Made by a program: the position numbers and the translations under genes. The notes under the pieces are model-generated. The model was not told the DNA's origin and did not search any database. It saw only the letters and a list, made by a program, of their open reading frames with translations. Below are positions 39,450 to 48,773 of a DNA stretch of 64,000 nucleotides, piece by piece; position 1 is the first letter of the stretch; every line of letters begins with the position of its first letter. Source of the stretch: an uncultured Calditrichaceae bacterium (GTDB lineage Bacteria > Calditrichota > Calditrichia > RBG-13-44-9); contig CAYLYM010000005.1 in assembly GCA_964387645.1 (NCBI GenBank), forward strand, positions 2,508 to 66,507. The letters are read 5' to 3'.

Positions 39450-39824
39450 ATGCCAGGTGGTGATCGTACAGGACCTTTAGGTTTTGGTCCACTTACAGGA
39501 AGAGGTTTGGGTTATTGTGCGGGATATAATCATCCCGGTTATTATGTTCCTCCCGGTTGGGGCAGAGGTTTTGGTCGCGGCTGGGGTTGGGGTAGAGGAC
39601 GTGGATTTGGTTTTGGCCGAGGATTCTGGCGCTGGGGATGGCGTTGGACTGCTCCCATTCTTCCCGAACAATTAGACAAAATGCCGCCCGAATATCTGGT
39701 TGGATTAAAAGAAGAGTTACGCGGATTACGAACTACTGTTGATGATATGCTGCAAAGAATTGAAAATATGGAAAAAACCAGGGATAGCCATCAGGGTAAA
39801 GGTGAAACTACTGGTGGGGAATGA
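39450..39824 (+). CDS. DUF5320-like protein with Trp/Arg/Gly-rich low-complexity core
   Basis: N-terminus MPGGDRTGPLGFGPLTGRGLGYCAGY (the DUF5320 hallmark as I recall it); core GWGRGFGRGWGWGRGRGFGFGRGFWRWGWRW; C-terminal predicted helix. GGAGG RBS. Confidence 0.55.
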   Translation: MPGGDRTGPLGFGPLTGRGLGYCAGYNHPGYYVPPGWGRGFGRGWGWGRGRGFGFGRGFWRWGWRWTAPILPEQLDKMPPEYLVGLKEELRGLRTTVDDMLQRIENMEKTRDSHQGKGETTGGE

Positions 39825-39875
39825 TGTGAATTAATTAAAAAACTTTTAAAATTTGAGTAAAATGGAGGCTTAAAA

Positions 39876-40250
39876 ATGAAAATTGCTGTTGCTTCTGATG
39901 ATGGTGTTACAATTTCCGCGCACTTTGGTCGTACACGAGGTTTTGTGATTGCTGAAATTGAAGGTGACAAAATTGTCAATAAAGAATACCGGGAAAATAC
40001 GTTTACTGGTCATGCCCGGGGCTTAAATGTCACCGGGCATGACTTTAATGATCGTCATGGGCCAATTCTGGAAGCATTGAAAGATTGCAAGGTTGTTATA
40101 TCTCATGGAATGGGACGCCGAATTTATGAAGATTTAAGGGCTGCAGGTATTTCAGCCTTTATTGTTCAGGAAACAGATGTTGATCAAGCATTAAACCTGT
40201 ATCTTCAAAATTCTCTGGTTGATAGACCTGATAAAGGATGTGATCATTAA
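39876..40250 (+). CDS. second NifX/NifB-like cofactor-binding protein
   Basis: MKIAVASDDGVTISAHFGRTRGFVIAEIEGDKIV…; GGAGG RBS. Confidence 0.6.
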   Translation: MKIAVASDDGVTISAHFGRTRGFVIAEIEGDKIVNKEYRENTFTGHARGLNVTGHDFNDRHGPILEALKDCKVVISHGMGRRIYEDLRAAGISAFIVQETDVDQALNLYLQNSLVDRPDKGCDH

Positions 40251-40660
40251 CATAAGCGTGATAAAAGTACTAAAGATTAGAATTTCGGAAAAGGACAGAA
40301 TTCAGGTTGACAGATAAAATCCGATAAAATCCGGCGGAAGTAAGTGAACAATGAACGGGACTATATATGCATTTTCTGGAGGTTAGGTAATCTTATTGAA
40401 TAAGGTGAACTTTGTAAAATAAAAATCATCATAATACAGTGAAATGTTGACTTTTTAATGAAGCGAGAAAATCTAATGATCATAGTTAGATCTATTCTTG
40501 GTACAATTTGTAGGGGAGTAAAATAAATTAATCTTTTATTGAGAAACTTTTTCTGATTTTTGATAATCCGATTGTAAACAAATGAAAGTTCGGGTAAAAT
40601 CAAAGTTAAATTTCAAATATTAATTCTTTAAAAAATTTTAACTAATAAAGAAATAAAATT

Positions 40661-40861
40661 ATGTATGAAAAAAATCCGCAAAGAATGGGACCGGTTGGGC
40701 ATTGTATTTGTCCCAAATGTGGTTTTCGAATTTCACATAAACGTGGAGTCCCATGTCAAGACCAGAAATGTCCTCAATGTGGTGTGAAATTGATGCGAGA
40801 AGGTTCGTACCATCACAATTTGTTATTAGCAAAGAAAAAAAAGAAGAAGGAAAACTCTTGA
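40661..40861 (+). CDS. small zinc-ribbon protein (CxxC…CxxC) with poly-Lys tail
   Basis: GPVGHCICPKCG…CPQCG; Lys6 tail encoded by an A-rich tract. Confidence 0.4.
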   Translation: MYEKNPQRMGPVGHCICPKCGFRISHKRGVPCQDQKCPQCGVKLMREGSYHHNLLLAKKKKKKENS

Positions 40862-41053
40862 AAATTGAAATTAAGTTGAATTTTCTAAATGCTAATGTTT
40901 GGAGAATAAAATAAGTAAAGTACGGAAGCTTTTTAGTCCACAATCATTTTAATTGTTATTAATAAATGTGAAACACTTTATATGAGGGAATCAACAGGCT
41001 AATTTTTCTCTTGTACCTTAAATATTAGATTTTGAAATCAGGAAGTTCAATAT

Positions 41054-41704
41054 ATGATCAGTGCGACCATTGTATTTGATAATACGACTAAAAATAAGCA
41101 GTTAAAGGCAGATTGGGGATTTGCATGTGTTATTGAGTATCATGATAGGATGCTCCTATTTGATACTGGTGCTGATGGTAATATATTATTGAATAATATG
41201 AAAAAATTGAACATTAATCCACAAAGTATTCACTCAGTTTTCATATCGCACAACCATTTTGATCACATAGGTGGTCTCTCGCATTTTTTAAATGAAAATT
41301 CTGATGTGATACTCTACCTGCCTCAATCTTTAAGAGGAGTAACGCATGGACGAGAAATAATACATATTGATGACAATCCGCGAGAATTGGAAAAAGGAAT
41401 ATTTACAACTGGAGAATTAGAGGGCATTGAACAATCCCTCGTTATTTCCACATCAAAAGGAATGGTAATTTTTGTGGGATGCTCACATCCAGATATGAAT
41501 AAAATACTGAGTCGAGCTAAACAATTCGGAAAATTATTTGGCATTATTGGGGGACTACATGGTTTTAATCACTATAAATTGTTTCAGGATTTACAGTTAA
41601 TTTGTCCAACTCATTGTACAAAAAATAAACAGGTAATTAAAAATATTTATCCTGACAAGGTAATTGAGGGTGGGGTAGGTTTGCAAATAGTAATAAGTTC
41701 ATGA
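41054..41704 (+). CDS. MBL-fold metallo-hydrolase
   Basis: HNHFDHIGG (HxHxDH motif). Confidence 0.6.
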   Translation: MISATIVFDNTTKNKQLKADWGFACVIEYHDRMLLFDTGADGNILLNNMKKLNINPQSIHSVFISHNHFDHIGGLSHFLNENSDVILYLPQSLRGVTHGREIIHIDDNPRELEKGIFTTGELEGIEQSLVISTSKGMVIFVGCSHPDMNKILSRAKQFGKLFGIIGGLHGFNHYKLFQDLQLICPTHCTKNKQVIKNIYPDKVIEGGVGLQIVISS

Positions 41705-41759
41705 ACCGGATATAGAGGATAGAAAGACGAATAATAATAAAATTAAGTAGGAGAAAGTT

Positions 41760-43112
41760 ATGAAGACTGATGTGTTAGTAATTGGTGGTGGCCCTGGAGG
41801 CGTTATTTCTGCTATAGTTGGTAGAACTATTTATCCAGACAAAAAATTTATTTTGGTTCGAAAAGAACAGAAATCGATTGTACCCTGTGGTATACCTTAT
41901 GTTATTAATCGGTTAAAATCCGCCGAAGAAAATATTATGGGAGATGCTCCGCTAAAAGCTAAGGAAGTAGAAATAGTAATTGATGAAGTAATAAATGTTG
42001 ATCGAAAAAAAAAGGTGGCTCAATTAGCTAGTGGTAAGGAAATTGCCTTCCAGAAATTAGTTTTAGCAACAGGTAGTAAACCAGTTGTTCCGTCTTCAAT
42101 AAAAGGAATTGATTTAGAAAATATTTTCCCAATAAAAAAAGAACTAAACTATTTAAAACATTTAAGAGAACAAATTCACAATTTTAAAAATATTGTTATA
42201 GTTGGTGGTGGATTTATTGGAGTTGAATTTGCTGATGAAATAAGTAAACTTCCCAATAAAAATATTAGTATTATTGAGCTATCAGATCATCTTCTGGATC
42301 AATCTTTTGATGAAGAATTTAGTGAGAAAGTAGAAAATATTCTACGGAAAGAAAAAGTTAATATTTATACTCAGAGTCAGGTTGGTGGTTTTAAGGGAAA
42401 TAAGAAAGTTGAATATGTTTTATTGAATAATGGCAAAGAAATCCCTGCTGATGTTGTAATTTTATCTATTGGTTCCAGACCTAATACGGACTTAGCTGAA
42501 GAAATTGGATTAGATGTTTCTCCTTTAGGAGGAATTAAAGTAGATGAATTTATGAAAACCAGTGATTCAGACATTTTTGCCGTTGGTGACTGTGTAGAAA
42601 AGCGTTGTTTCTTTTGTCGAAAGCATATAGATGTCATGTTAGCTTCAACTGCTACTGCTGAGGCCCGATCGGCTGGTGCCAATCTGTTTCATTTAAAAAT
42701 AATAGAAATGAACAAAGGAACCATCGGAATATATTCTACTAAAGTGGGTGATTTGGCGCTGGCTACGGCCGGGCATACCGAGAAGAAAGCTATCGAAGAG
42801 GGATATGAAATTGTTACTGGTATATCTAAAGGTATTGATCGACATCCTGGTACCCTTCCAGATAAGCATGAGTTATATGTAAAACTGATATTTTCAAAAT
42901 ATTCTGGTATTATTATGGGTGCCCAAATCTATGGAGCCGATTCAGTAGGTGAGTTAATTAATACAATTGGGTTGGCTATACAAAATAAATTGACTATAAC
43001 AGATATTGCGACCATACAATATGGTACGCATCCTTTGCTAACTTCAGCACCAACTACTTATCCATTGATTGCTTGTGCTCTGGATGCTTTTAAAAAAATC
43101 CATGAATTTTAG
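41760..43112 (+). CDS. FAD-dependent pyridine-nucleotide-disulfide oxidoreductase (CoA-disulfide reductase/NADH oxidase family)
   Basis: VLVIGGGPGG FAD motif; single redox Cys in SIVPCGIPY (aligned with SFANCALPY of CoADR/Nox); second Rossmann IVIVGGGFIGVE. Confidence 0.7.
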   Translation: MKTDVLVIGGGPGGVISAIVGRTIYPDKKFILVRKEQKSIVPCGIPYVINRLKSAEENIMGDAPLKAKEVEIVIDEVINVDRKKKVAQLASGKEIAFQKLVLATGSKPVVPSSIKGIDLENIFPIKKELNYLKHLREQIHNFKNIVIVGGGFIGVEFADEISKLPNKNISIIELSDHLLDQSFDEEFSEKVENILRKEKVNIYTQSQVGGFKGNKKVEYVLLNNGKEIPADVVILSIGSRPNTDLAEEIGLDVSPLGGIKVDEFMKTSDSDIFAVGDCVEKRCFFCRKHIDVMLASTATAEARSAGANLFHLKIIEMNKGTIGIYSTKVGDLALATAGHTEKKAIEEGYEIVTGISKGIDRHPGTLPDKHELYVKLIFSKYSGIIMGAQIYGADSVGELINTIGLAIQNKLTITDIATIQYGTHPLLTSAPTTYPLIACALDAFKKIHEF

Positions 43113-43224
43113 ATAAAATATATGAAGATTAATGATAATAACTTTTAACTAAAAGTGGATTCGTTAATAATATTTGTTGAAATATCACAAAATTTGTATT
43201 TCATCTGTGCGGAGGTTGCTAACT

Positions 43225-43683
43225 ATGTTTAATAAAGCTCGATTAAAAATATATCCTGATTCCGTTCTAAGAGAAAAATCATTTCCTGTTTTCGATTTTG
43301 ATAAGAATTTGCAATCCCTAATAAATGCAATGCGAAGGATTATGTATGAACACAAAGGTATTGGTTTGGCAGCTCCACAGATTGGAATTCTAAAACAAGT
43401 TATTATTGCGGATGTTGGCAATGGGCTCCTTACTCTTGTTAACCCAACTATATTAGAAAGAAAAGGTGAAGAAATATTAACAGAAGGTTGTTTAAGTTTA
43501 CCTGGAATCGGAGTTGACGTACCGAGAAGCACACGTCTTGCTATTAGTGGTTTTGATCAATCAGGAAAAGCAATTGAAATGGAGTTAAGTGGTCTCATGG
43601 CACGTGTAGTCCAACACGAAATTGACCATTTAAATGGAGTACTAATTATTGATTATCAGGAGAATAAAAAAGAAGTGGTTTAG
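43225..43683 (+). CDS. def: peptide deformylase
   Basis: GIGLAAPQIG, EGCLSLPG, QHEIDHLNG motifs. GGAGG at 43211-43215 then ATG at 43225; the upstream extension of the listed ORF is rejected. Confidence 0.85.
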   Translation: MFNKARLKIYPDSVLREKSFPVFDFDKNLQSLINAMRRIMYEHKGIGLAAPQIGILKQVIIADVGNGLLTLVNPTILERKGEEILTEGCLSLPGIGVDVPRSTRLAISGFDQSGKAIEMELSGLMARVVQHEIDHLNGVLIIDYQENKKEVV

Positions 43684-43699
43684 AAAAGGAGAATAAGAA

Positions 43700-44518
43700 A
43701 TGAATACTCAAAATAGTAAAGTTCATACTCAAAATGAAGAAGATATGAAAATCTCAGAAAATCTTTCAAGAATAAAACATCGCATTGTAGTATTTAGTGG
43801 GAAAGGTGGGGTTGGCAAAACCACTGTGAGTGTTAATCTTGCTTTTGGATTTCAACAAAAAGGGCATAAAACAGGACTTTTAGACGCAGATATCACTGGA
43901 CCAAACATATCCAAAATGTTAGGATTGAGTGGAAACATTCAGGTTATTGATAACAAATTGATCCCACTTATCCGAAACGAATTAAAAGTGATTTCCATAG
44001 CAAACATTATCGAGAATAACCAACCTGTGATTTGGAGAGGTCCATTGAGGTCGAAATTATTGAATCAATTTTTAGGAGATGTATTGTGGGGAGAGCTGGA
44101 TTTTCTTGTTGCAGATTTACCGCCGGGCACAGGGGATGAAATTCTAACAATGACACAGAAAATGCAACCTGATATGGCTATCATTGTTACTACACCTCAG
44201 GAGGTTTCTTTAATTGATTCAGCAAGAGCTATTAATATGGCAAAAAAAATGAATATTAAAAAAATAGGTCTAATCGAAAATATGTCTGGTTTAATATGTC
44301 CAAAATGTGGAGAAAATATTGAAATATTTGGTTCAGGAGGTGGCAAAAAACAGTCTGAAGAAATGGGTATTGAATTTTTAGGTACTCTTCCTCTTGATCT
44401 TAAAACAAGAAAATTGGCTGATCAGGGGCAACCAATTCTTCTTGCCGATGCGCAGGCAGGTATATCCATTTTATTTAAACAAATTGTTGATAAAATCATG
44501 ACAGTGATTATGCAATGA
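43700..44518 (+). CDS. apbC: Mrp/NBP35/ApbC-family Fe-S cluster carrier ATPase
   Basis: FSGKGGVGKTT deviant Walker A; CPKCG motif. Confidence 0.8.
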   Translation: MNTQNSKVHTQNEEDMKISENLSRIKHRIVVFSGKGGVGKTTVSVNLAFGFQQKGHKTGLLDADITGPNISKMLGLSGNIQVIDNKLIPLIRNELKVISIANIIENNQPVIWRGPLRSKLLNQFLGDVLWGELDFLVADLPPGTGDEILTMTQKMQPDMAIIVTTPQEVSLIDSARAINMAKKMNIKKIGLIENMSGLICPKCGENIEIFGSGGGKKQSEEMGIEFLGTLPLDLKTRKLADQGQPILLADAQAGISILFKQIVDKIMTVIMQ

Positions 44519-44664
44519 AGATTTCATTAAATTTAAACTCATGTATTATAAATAACTAGATTTTATAAAAATAATATAGGATATTTTGTTTAATTCATAT
44601 TAAGAATTTTTTTAAAAATTTTTTAAAAAAACACCAATTAAATCAAATTAAGATATATTTAATA

Positions 44665-45480
44665 ATGGTCATTAATATTGACAGTTGTGATTTGAATTAT
44701 ATTAAAAAATGGTTTTTTTCTTATGTGAAATCATTTAAATCTGGTGATAAGAGTCAATTGCATAATATCTTTTTAAAAGAAGAACATACAAAGCGTGTTT
44801 GTAAAGAAATTATAGAAATTGGTAATCAATTAAATTTAAATGAAAAAGAAATAATTTTAAGTGAAATTATTGCCCTTTTACATGATGTTGGCCGCTTCGA
44901 ACAGTACTGGCTTTACAAAACTTTCTCTGATAGTCGGTCAGTTGATCATGTAGAGCTAGGAATAAAAATATTAAAGAAATATAATGTGTTAGAGAATATA
45001 GATTATGATCTACAAAAACTTATTTTTAAAACAATTGGTTATCATAATCGTGCAATTCTACCACAAAATGAGACAGAAACCTGTCTGTTTTTTTCGAAAT
45101 TACTTCGTGATGCCGATAAGCTGGATATTTTAAGAGTTGTCACGGAATATTATTATAAAAAGAATGGAGATAAGAATGATGCGATTGTATTGGATTTACC
45201 TAATACTCCCGAAGTTTCTGAAAACGTTTACAATGATTTAATGAATAAAAAGATCGTTGATATCAAACATGTGAAAAATCAAAATGATTTTAAACTACTT
45301 CAAGCCGGGTGGATTTTTGACATAAATTTTCTTCCTACCTTTCAACGTATTAAAGAAAGACATTATTTAGAAATGATTAAAAATGCTTTACCTAAATCTA
45401 AAAGGATTGAGGAAATTTTTATTTTGATTAATTCCCATCTAAATGACTCTTTAAAAAATTTAAATATTATGGTAAAATAG
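44665..45480 (+). CDS. HD-domain phosphohydrolase
   Basis: …LLHDVGRF… HD motif. Confidence 0.55.
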   Translation: MVINIDSCDLNYIKKWFFSYVKSFKSGDKSQLHNIFLKEEHTKRVCKEIIEIGNQLNLNEKEIILSEIIALLHDVGRFEQYWLYKTFSDSRSVDHVELGIKILKKYNVLENIDYDLQKLIFKTIGYHNRAILPQNETETCLFFSKLLRDADKLDILRVVTEYYYKKNGDKNDAIVLDLPNTPEVSENVYNDLMNKKIVDIKHVKNQNDFKLLQAGWIFDINFLPTFQRIKERHYLEMIKNALPKSKRIEEIFILINSHLNDSLKNLNIMVK

Positions 45481-46087
45481 TAAAAAATGTAGTCAAAATA
45501 TTTGCTTTTTACCCTAATAAACGATTCACGTAAATTACCAAGAGTGAAGAATAAATTTTTGAAATAAGGAATTTTATTGTTACGATTGATCATAAAAATT
45601 TTCAATTCGACATAATTTTTTATCTAATAAAGTAATTTGAATAGAATTTTGATAATAACAAGCTTAAATAAAGAAAGGGAAAAAAATGGATTGTTGTTCA
45701 ATTAAGCCTCATTTGGTTATCGTAGGTGATTAAATAGGCCGCACTTACTTTTCAAAAAGATGTAAAAGAATTGAGTTGCTGTGCAACATAAATTAGTAAC
45801 CATTTTTAAATCTATTCTAAAATGTTTAAAGGGCTTTTAATGATTGTATTGGTTTTTATTTTCCCTGTCATAGAGTAGTGAATTATTGATAATATTTTCA
45901 ATTAAATAGTCATGTGCTTTATTGTATGGAAAATATGTCGCCAACTCATATAATGTGGGTATCAGATATTTTTACACTGGAATCGTTTATGTTTGAAGAG
46001 AAAATTCTACTTTTGAAGTAATTTTCTGTAACTTTTCATACTTAAAAGCATTTAAATTTCAGAAAAATTCAAAAGGAGAGAAAAACC

Positions 46088-46483
46088 ATGAAACAAACAA
46101 ATTATGGTTTCTCAAAGGTGGTTCCCATGTCCTATAATGAAGCTCTAGAAAAAGTTACAGAGGAATTGAAGAAAGAAGGATTTGGGATTCTGACTGAGAT
46201 TGATGTAAAGGAAACTCTGAAGAAAAAATTAGATGTTGATTTTAAATCATATAAAATATTGGGTGCATGTAATCCTCCATTTGCCTATAAAGCTCTCCAG
46301 GCTGAAGAGCAAATCGGTTTACTATTACCGTGTAATGTGGTTGTGTATGTCAACGACAAAGGAGAGACGGTTGTTGCAGCGATGGATCCTGTGGCGGCCA
46401 TGCAAGCTGTTAAAAATGAGGTCTTAGCCGATGTTGCAAATGAAATACAACAGCGACTTAAAAGAGTAATTGAAAATGTTTGA
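46088..46483 (+). CDS. DUF302-domain protein
   Basis: N-terminal pattern and size (131 aa) typical of DUF302. Confidence 0.55.
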   Translation: MKQTNYGFSKVVPMSYNEALEKVTEELKKEGFGILTEIDVKETLKKKLDVDFKSYKILGACNPPFAYKALQAEEQIGLLLPCNVVVYVNDKGETVVAAMDPVAAMQAVKNEVLADVANEIQQRLKRVIENV

Positions 46484-46943
46484 TTTGGTTCGATCACGAT
46501 TAGATTCATCTTTTTAGTGAACTGGTAAGACGGAAATTACCGTTCTACCGGACTAAATTTTATTTCGTAAATGATTGGAGAGATCGAAGTGTAAGTAAGT
46601 TTTCAACTCATTTTTGTTGAATACTTCGTTTTAGGTTGCCTAAATTCAAAACTACCTCAAAACTTTTTAAGTTAAAAATTACTTCACATCTTTGAAAATT
46701 TTTTATTCAACAATAAATTAAAACGAGAGATTAAAAAATATTTGTATTTCCATTTTTTCTATCAGCGGTAAAATTTGAAGAAATGAGATCCTGATTCTTT
46801 TGGCTATTTTTACATATGCCCGGGATAGGTTTTTTGCGAAAAACGAAATCAGCTGGCAATGTTTTTTTGTCTAATGATGGAATTCAAATTCTTTAATGGG
46901 TAACATTTTAATTTTTGTATTTCACTAAAATTGTTCTAATGTC

Positions 46944-47393
46944 ATGTACCTCACAAAAGCTCAACTGAAAGCGCTATGGTTTCTTATCTCAGTTTTAGCT
47001 ATATCGGTTTTGATCCGTTATTTACAGGTATATTTCATGGAGCAAAAAGTAGAGAGTTTTAGCCAGTTTGATAGTCTATTTTTACAATACCGGGATAGTA
47101 TCCAGGCGGCTTATCATGCTAAAAAAAATGATGACTTAAACTACTTAGGGAATGACGAATCTGAAAGTCAAGTAAAACAAACCATCTCAATGGTTCAGTT
47201 CCCAATCAATATCAATGTTGCAGATAAGGAACAATTACAGGCGTTGCCGAGGATTGGCCCTAAAATGGCTGAGCGTATTCTTCTATATCGTCACGAAAAG
47301 GGATCTTTTAAAACAAAGGAAGAATTAATGAATGTGAAGGGTATTGGACCAAAAACGTTTGAAAAACTAAAAAATTTAATTACTGTTGAATAA
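46944..47393 (+). CDS. comEA: ComEA-like helix-hairpin-helix DNA-binding protein (membrane-anchored)
   Basis: N-terminal TM helix; INVADKEQLQALPRIGPKMAERIL…VKGIGPKTFEKLKNLITV. Confidence 0.65.
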   Translation: MYLTKAQLKALWFLISVLAISVLIRYLQVYFMEQKVESFSQFDSLFLQYRDSIQAAYHAKKNDDLNYLGNDESESQVKQTISMVQFPININVADKEQLQALPRIGPKMAERILLYRHEKGSFKTKEELMNVKGIGPKTFEKLKNLITVE

Positions 47394-47442
47394 AATGAAA
47401 ATAACTGGGTATTGTTTACTGTAAATGAAAACTTGTTAGAGA

Positions 47443-48012
47443 ATGGAGATTGTTACTGAACAAAATCTCATTGTGGCCTGTCAGGAGGGATCGGAAAAGG
47501 CTTTTAAAGAATTGGTGCAGAAATATTACCAACAGGCTTATGCCATGGCTTTGGTCATGACACAGAACAAAGAAGCCGCTTTTGATATTTCTCAAGAAGC
47601 CTTTTTAAGAATTTATCGCAATTTCTCCTCATTTGATGTGCGGCGTTCTTTTAAAGCCTGGCTATTCACTATTGTTAAAAATCTTTCTTTGAATTACCTG
47701 GAACGAAAAAAACGGCGCTGGATTACTTTCACGGATTTTTTTAAAAGTAAAAATAAACCGGATATTTTCACGGAAGATTTTCCTGAGACGATCGAACGGA
47801 GTGAAATCCGACAGCAAGTGTTGTGGGCTTTGAAACAATTAGGTGAACAGGATCGTGATATCATTTTATTGAGGGACTTTGAATCTTTCTCTTATCAAGA
47901 GATTAGTGATATCCTGGAAATACCGGTTGGGACAGTTATGTCCCGTTTGTATTATGCTCGTAAAAAACTGGCCAGAATTATTAAGGAAGAGCATAATGAA
48001 TCTTCGAAGTAA
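47443..48012 (+). CDS. ECF (sigma-24) RNA polymerase sigma factor
   Basis: Region 2 and region 4 (…SYQEISDILEIPVGTVMSRLYYARKKL). Confidence 0.8.
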   Translation: MEIVTEQNLIVACQEGSEKAFKELVQKYYQQAYAMALVMTQNKEAAFDISQEAFLRIYRNFSSFDVRRSFKAWLFTIVKNLSLNYLERKKRRWITFTDFFKSKNKPDIFTEDFPETIERSEIRQQVLWALKQLGEQDRDIILLRDFESFSYQEISDILEIPVGTVMSRLYYARKKLARIIKEEHNESSK

Positions 48013-48460
48013 AAAAGATTGTAAACAGTTTAAAATCCTTCTTATTAAGCTTGTTGATGATGAGATATCGCCGGAGGAACAGACCAGACTGGATCAACAT
48101 TTATCTACATGCCGTGAATGTCAAAATGATTTGAATGAACTTCGTAAATGGAAGGAGGTGAGTCATTCCATGAAAGGTAAACTTTTGCCTGATATGGCCT
48201 GGGATGAATATTGGAGAAATTTATATAACCGGTTGGAACGTGGTATAAGCTGGATTCTTATTTCGGTGGGTGCTATTATTCTTTTAGGTATTGCAGCGTA
48301 TCATTTTGTGTTGAACTTATTAGAGGATACCCAGCTCGGTTTACTTGAAAAATTAGGAATTTTTGCTCTGGTTTTCGGTTTTGTAATCTTATTTGTTTCG
48401 GTTACCAGAGAAAAATTAATGGTGCGTAAACATGACAAATATAAGGAGATCATCAGATGA
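47996..48460 (+). CDS. anti-sigma factor (zinc-finger, single TM)
   Basis: Start ATG 47996 overlaps the sigma factor by 17 nt; …HLSTCRECQNDL zinc-binding anti-sigma motif; C-terminal TM helices. Upstream extension of the listed ORF rejected. Confidence 0.5.
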   Translation: MNLRSKKDCKQFKILLIKLVDDEISPEEQTRLDQHLSTCRECQNDLNELRKWKEVSHSMKGKLLPDMAWDEYWRNLYNRLERGISWILISVGAIILLGIAAYHFVLNLLEDTQLGLLEKLGIFALVFGFVILFVSVTREKLMVRKHDKYKEIIR

Positions 48461-48771
48461 TTGTTACGACCACTGAAACGATTCCTGGGAAAAAAATTGT
48501 TCGCACTTTAGGTATTGTAAAAGGTAATACCATTCGTGCCAGGCATATCGGTAAGGATATTCTGGCGATATTTAAGAATATTGTAGGCGGTGAGATTGAG
48601 GAATATACCAAACTCATCGCCGAAGCCCGTGAACAGGCAATTGATCGAATGAAAGCCAGTGCAGAGGAATTAGGTGCTAACGCTATCATCAATGTGCGGT
48701 TTTCTACTACTTATATCATGCAAAATGCATCGGAAATATTGGCTTATGGAACCGCGGTTGTGGTAGAATAA
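48457..48771 (+). CDS. YbjQ/UPF0145-family protein
   Basis: MIVTTTETIPGKKIV…LGIVKGNTIRARHIGKDILA… family pattern; ATGA overlap with the anti-sigma gene. Confidence 0.65.
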   Translation: MIVTTTETIPGKKIVRTLGIVKGNTIRARHIGKDILAIFKNIVGGEIEEYTKLIAEAREQAIDRMKASAEELGANAIINVRFSTTYIMQNASEILAYGTAVVVE

Positions 48772-48773
48772 TC

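Noticed and set aside
39540-39650. G-rich DNA (G-quadruplex-like) inside the DUF5320 gene
   Set aside because: It is a direct consequence of Gly (GGN), Trp (TGG) and Arg (CGN/AGG) codons of the W/R/G-rich repeat. It is not an independent signal
40311-40330. Direct repeat gataaaatcc x2 in the 410-bp gap before the small zinc-ribbon gene
   Set aside because: Only 10 bp, AT-rich, with no partner elsewhere. Likely chance
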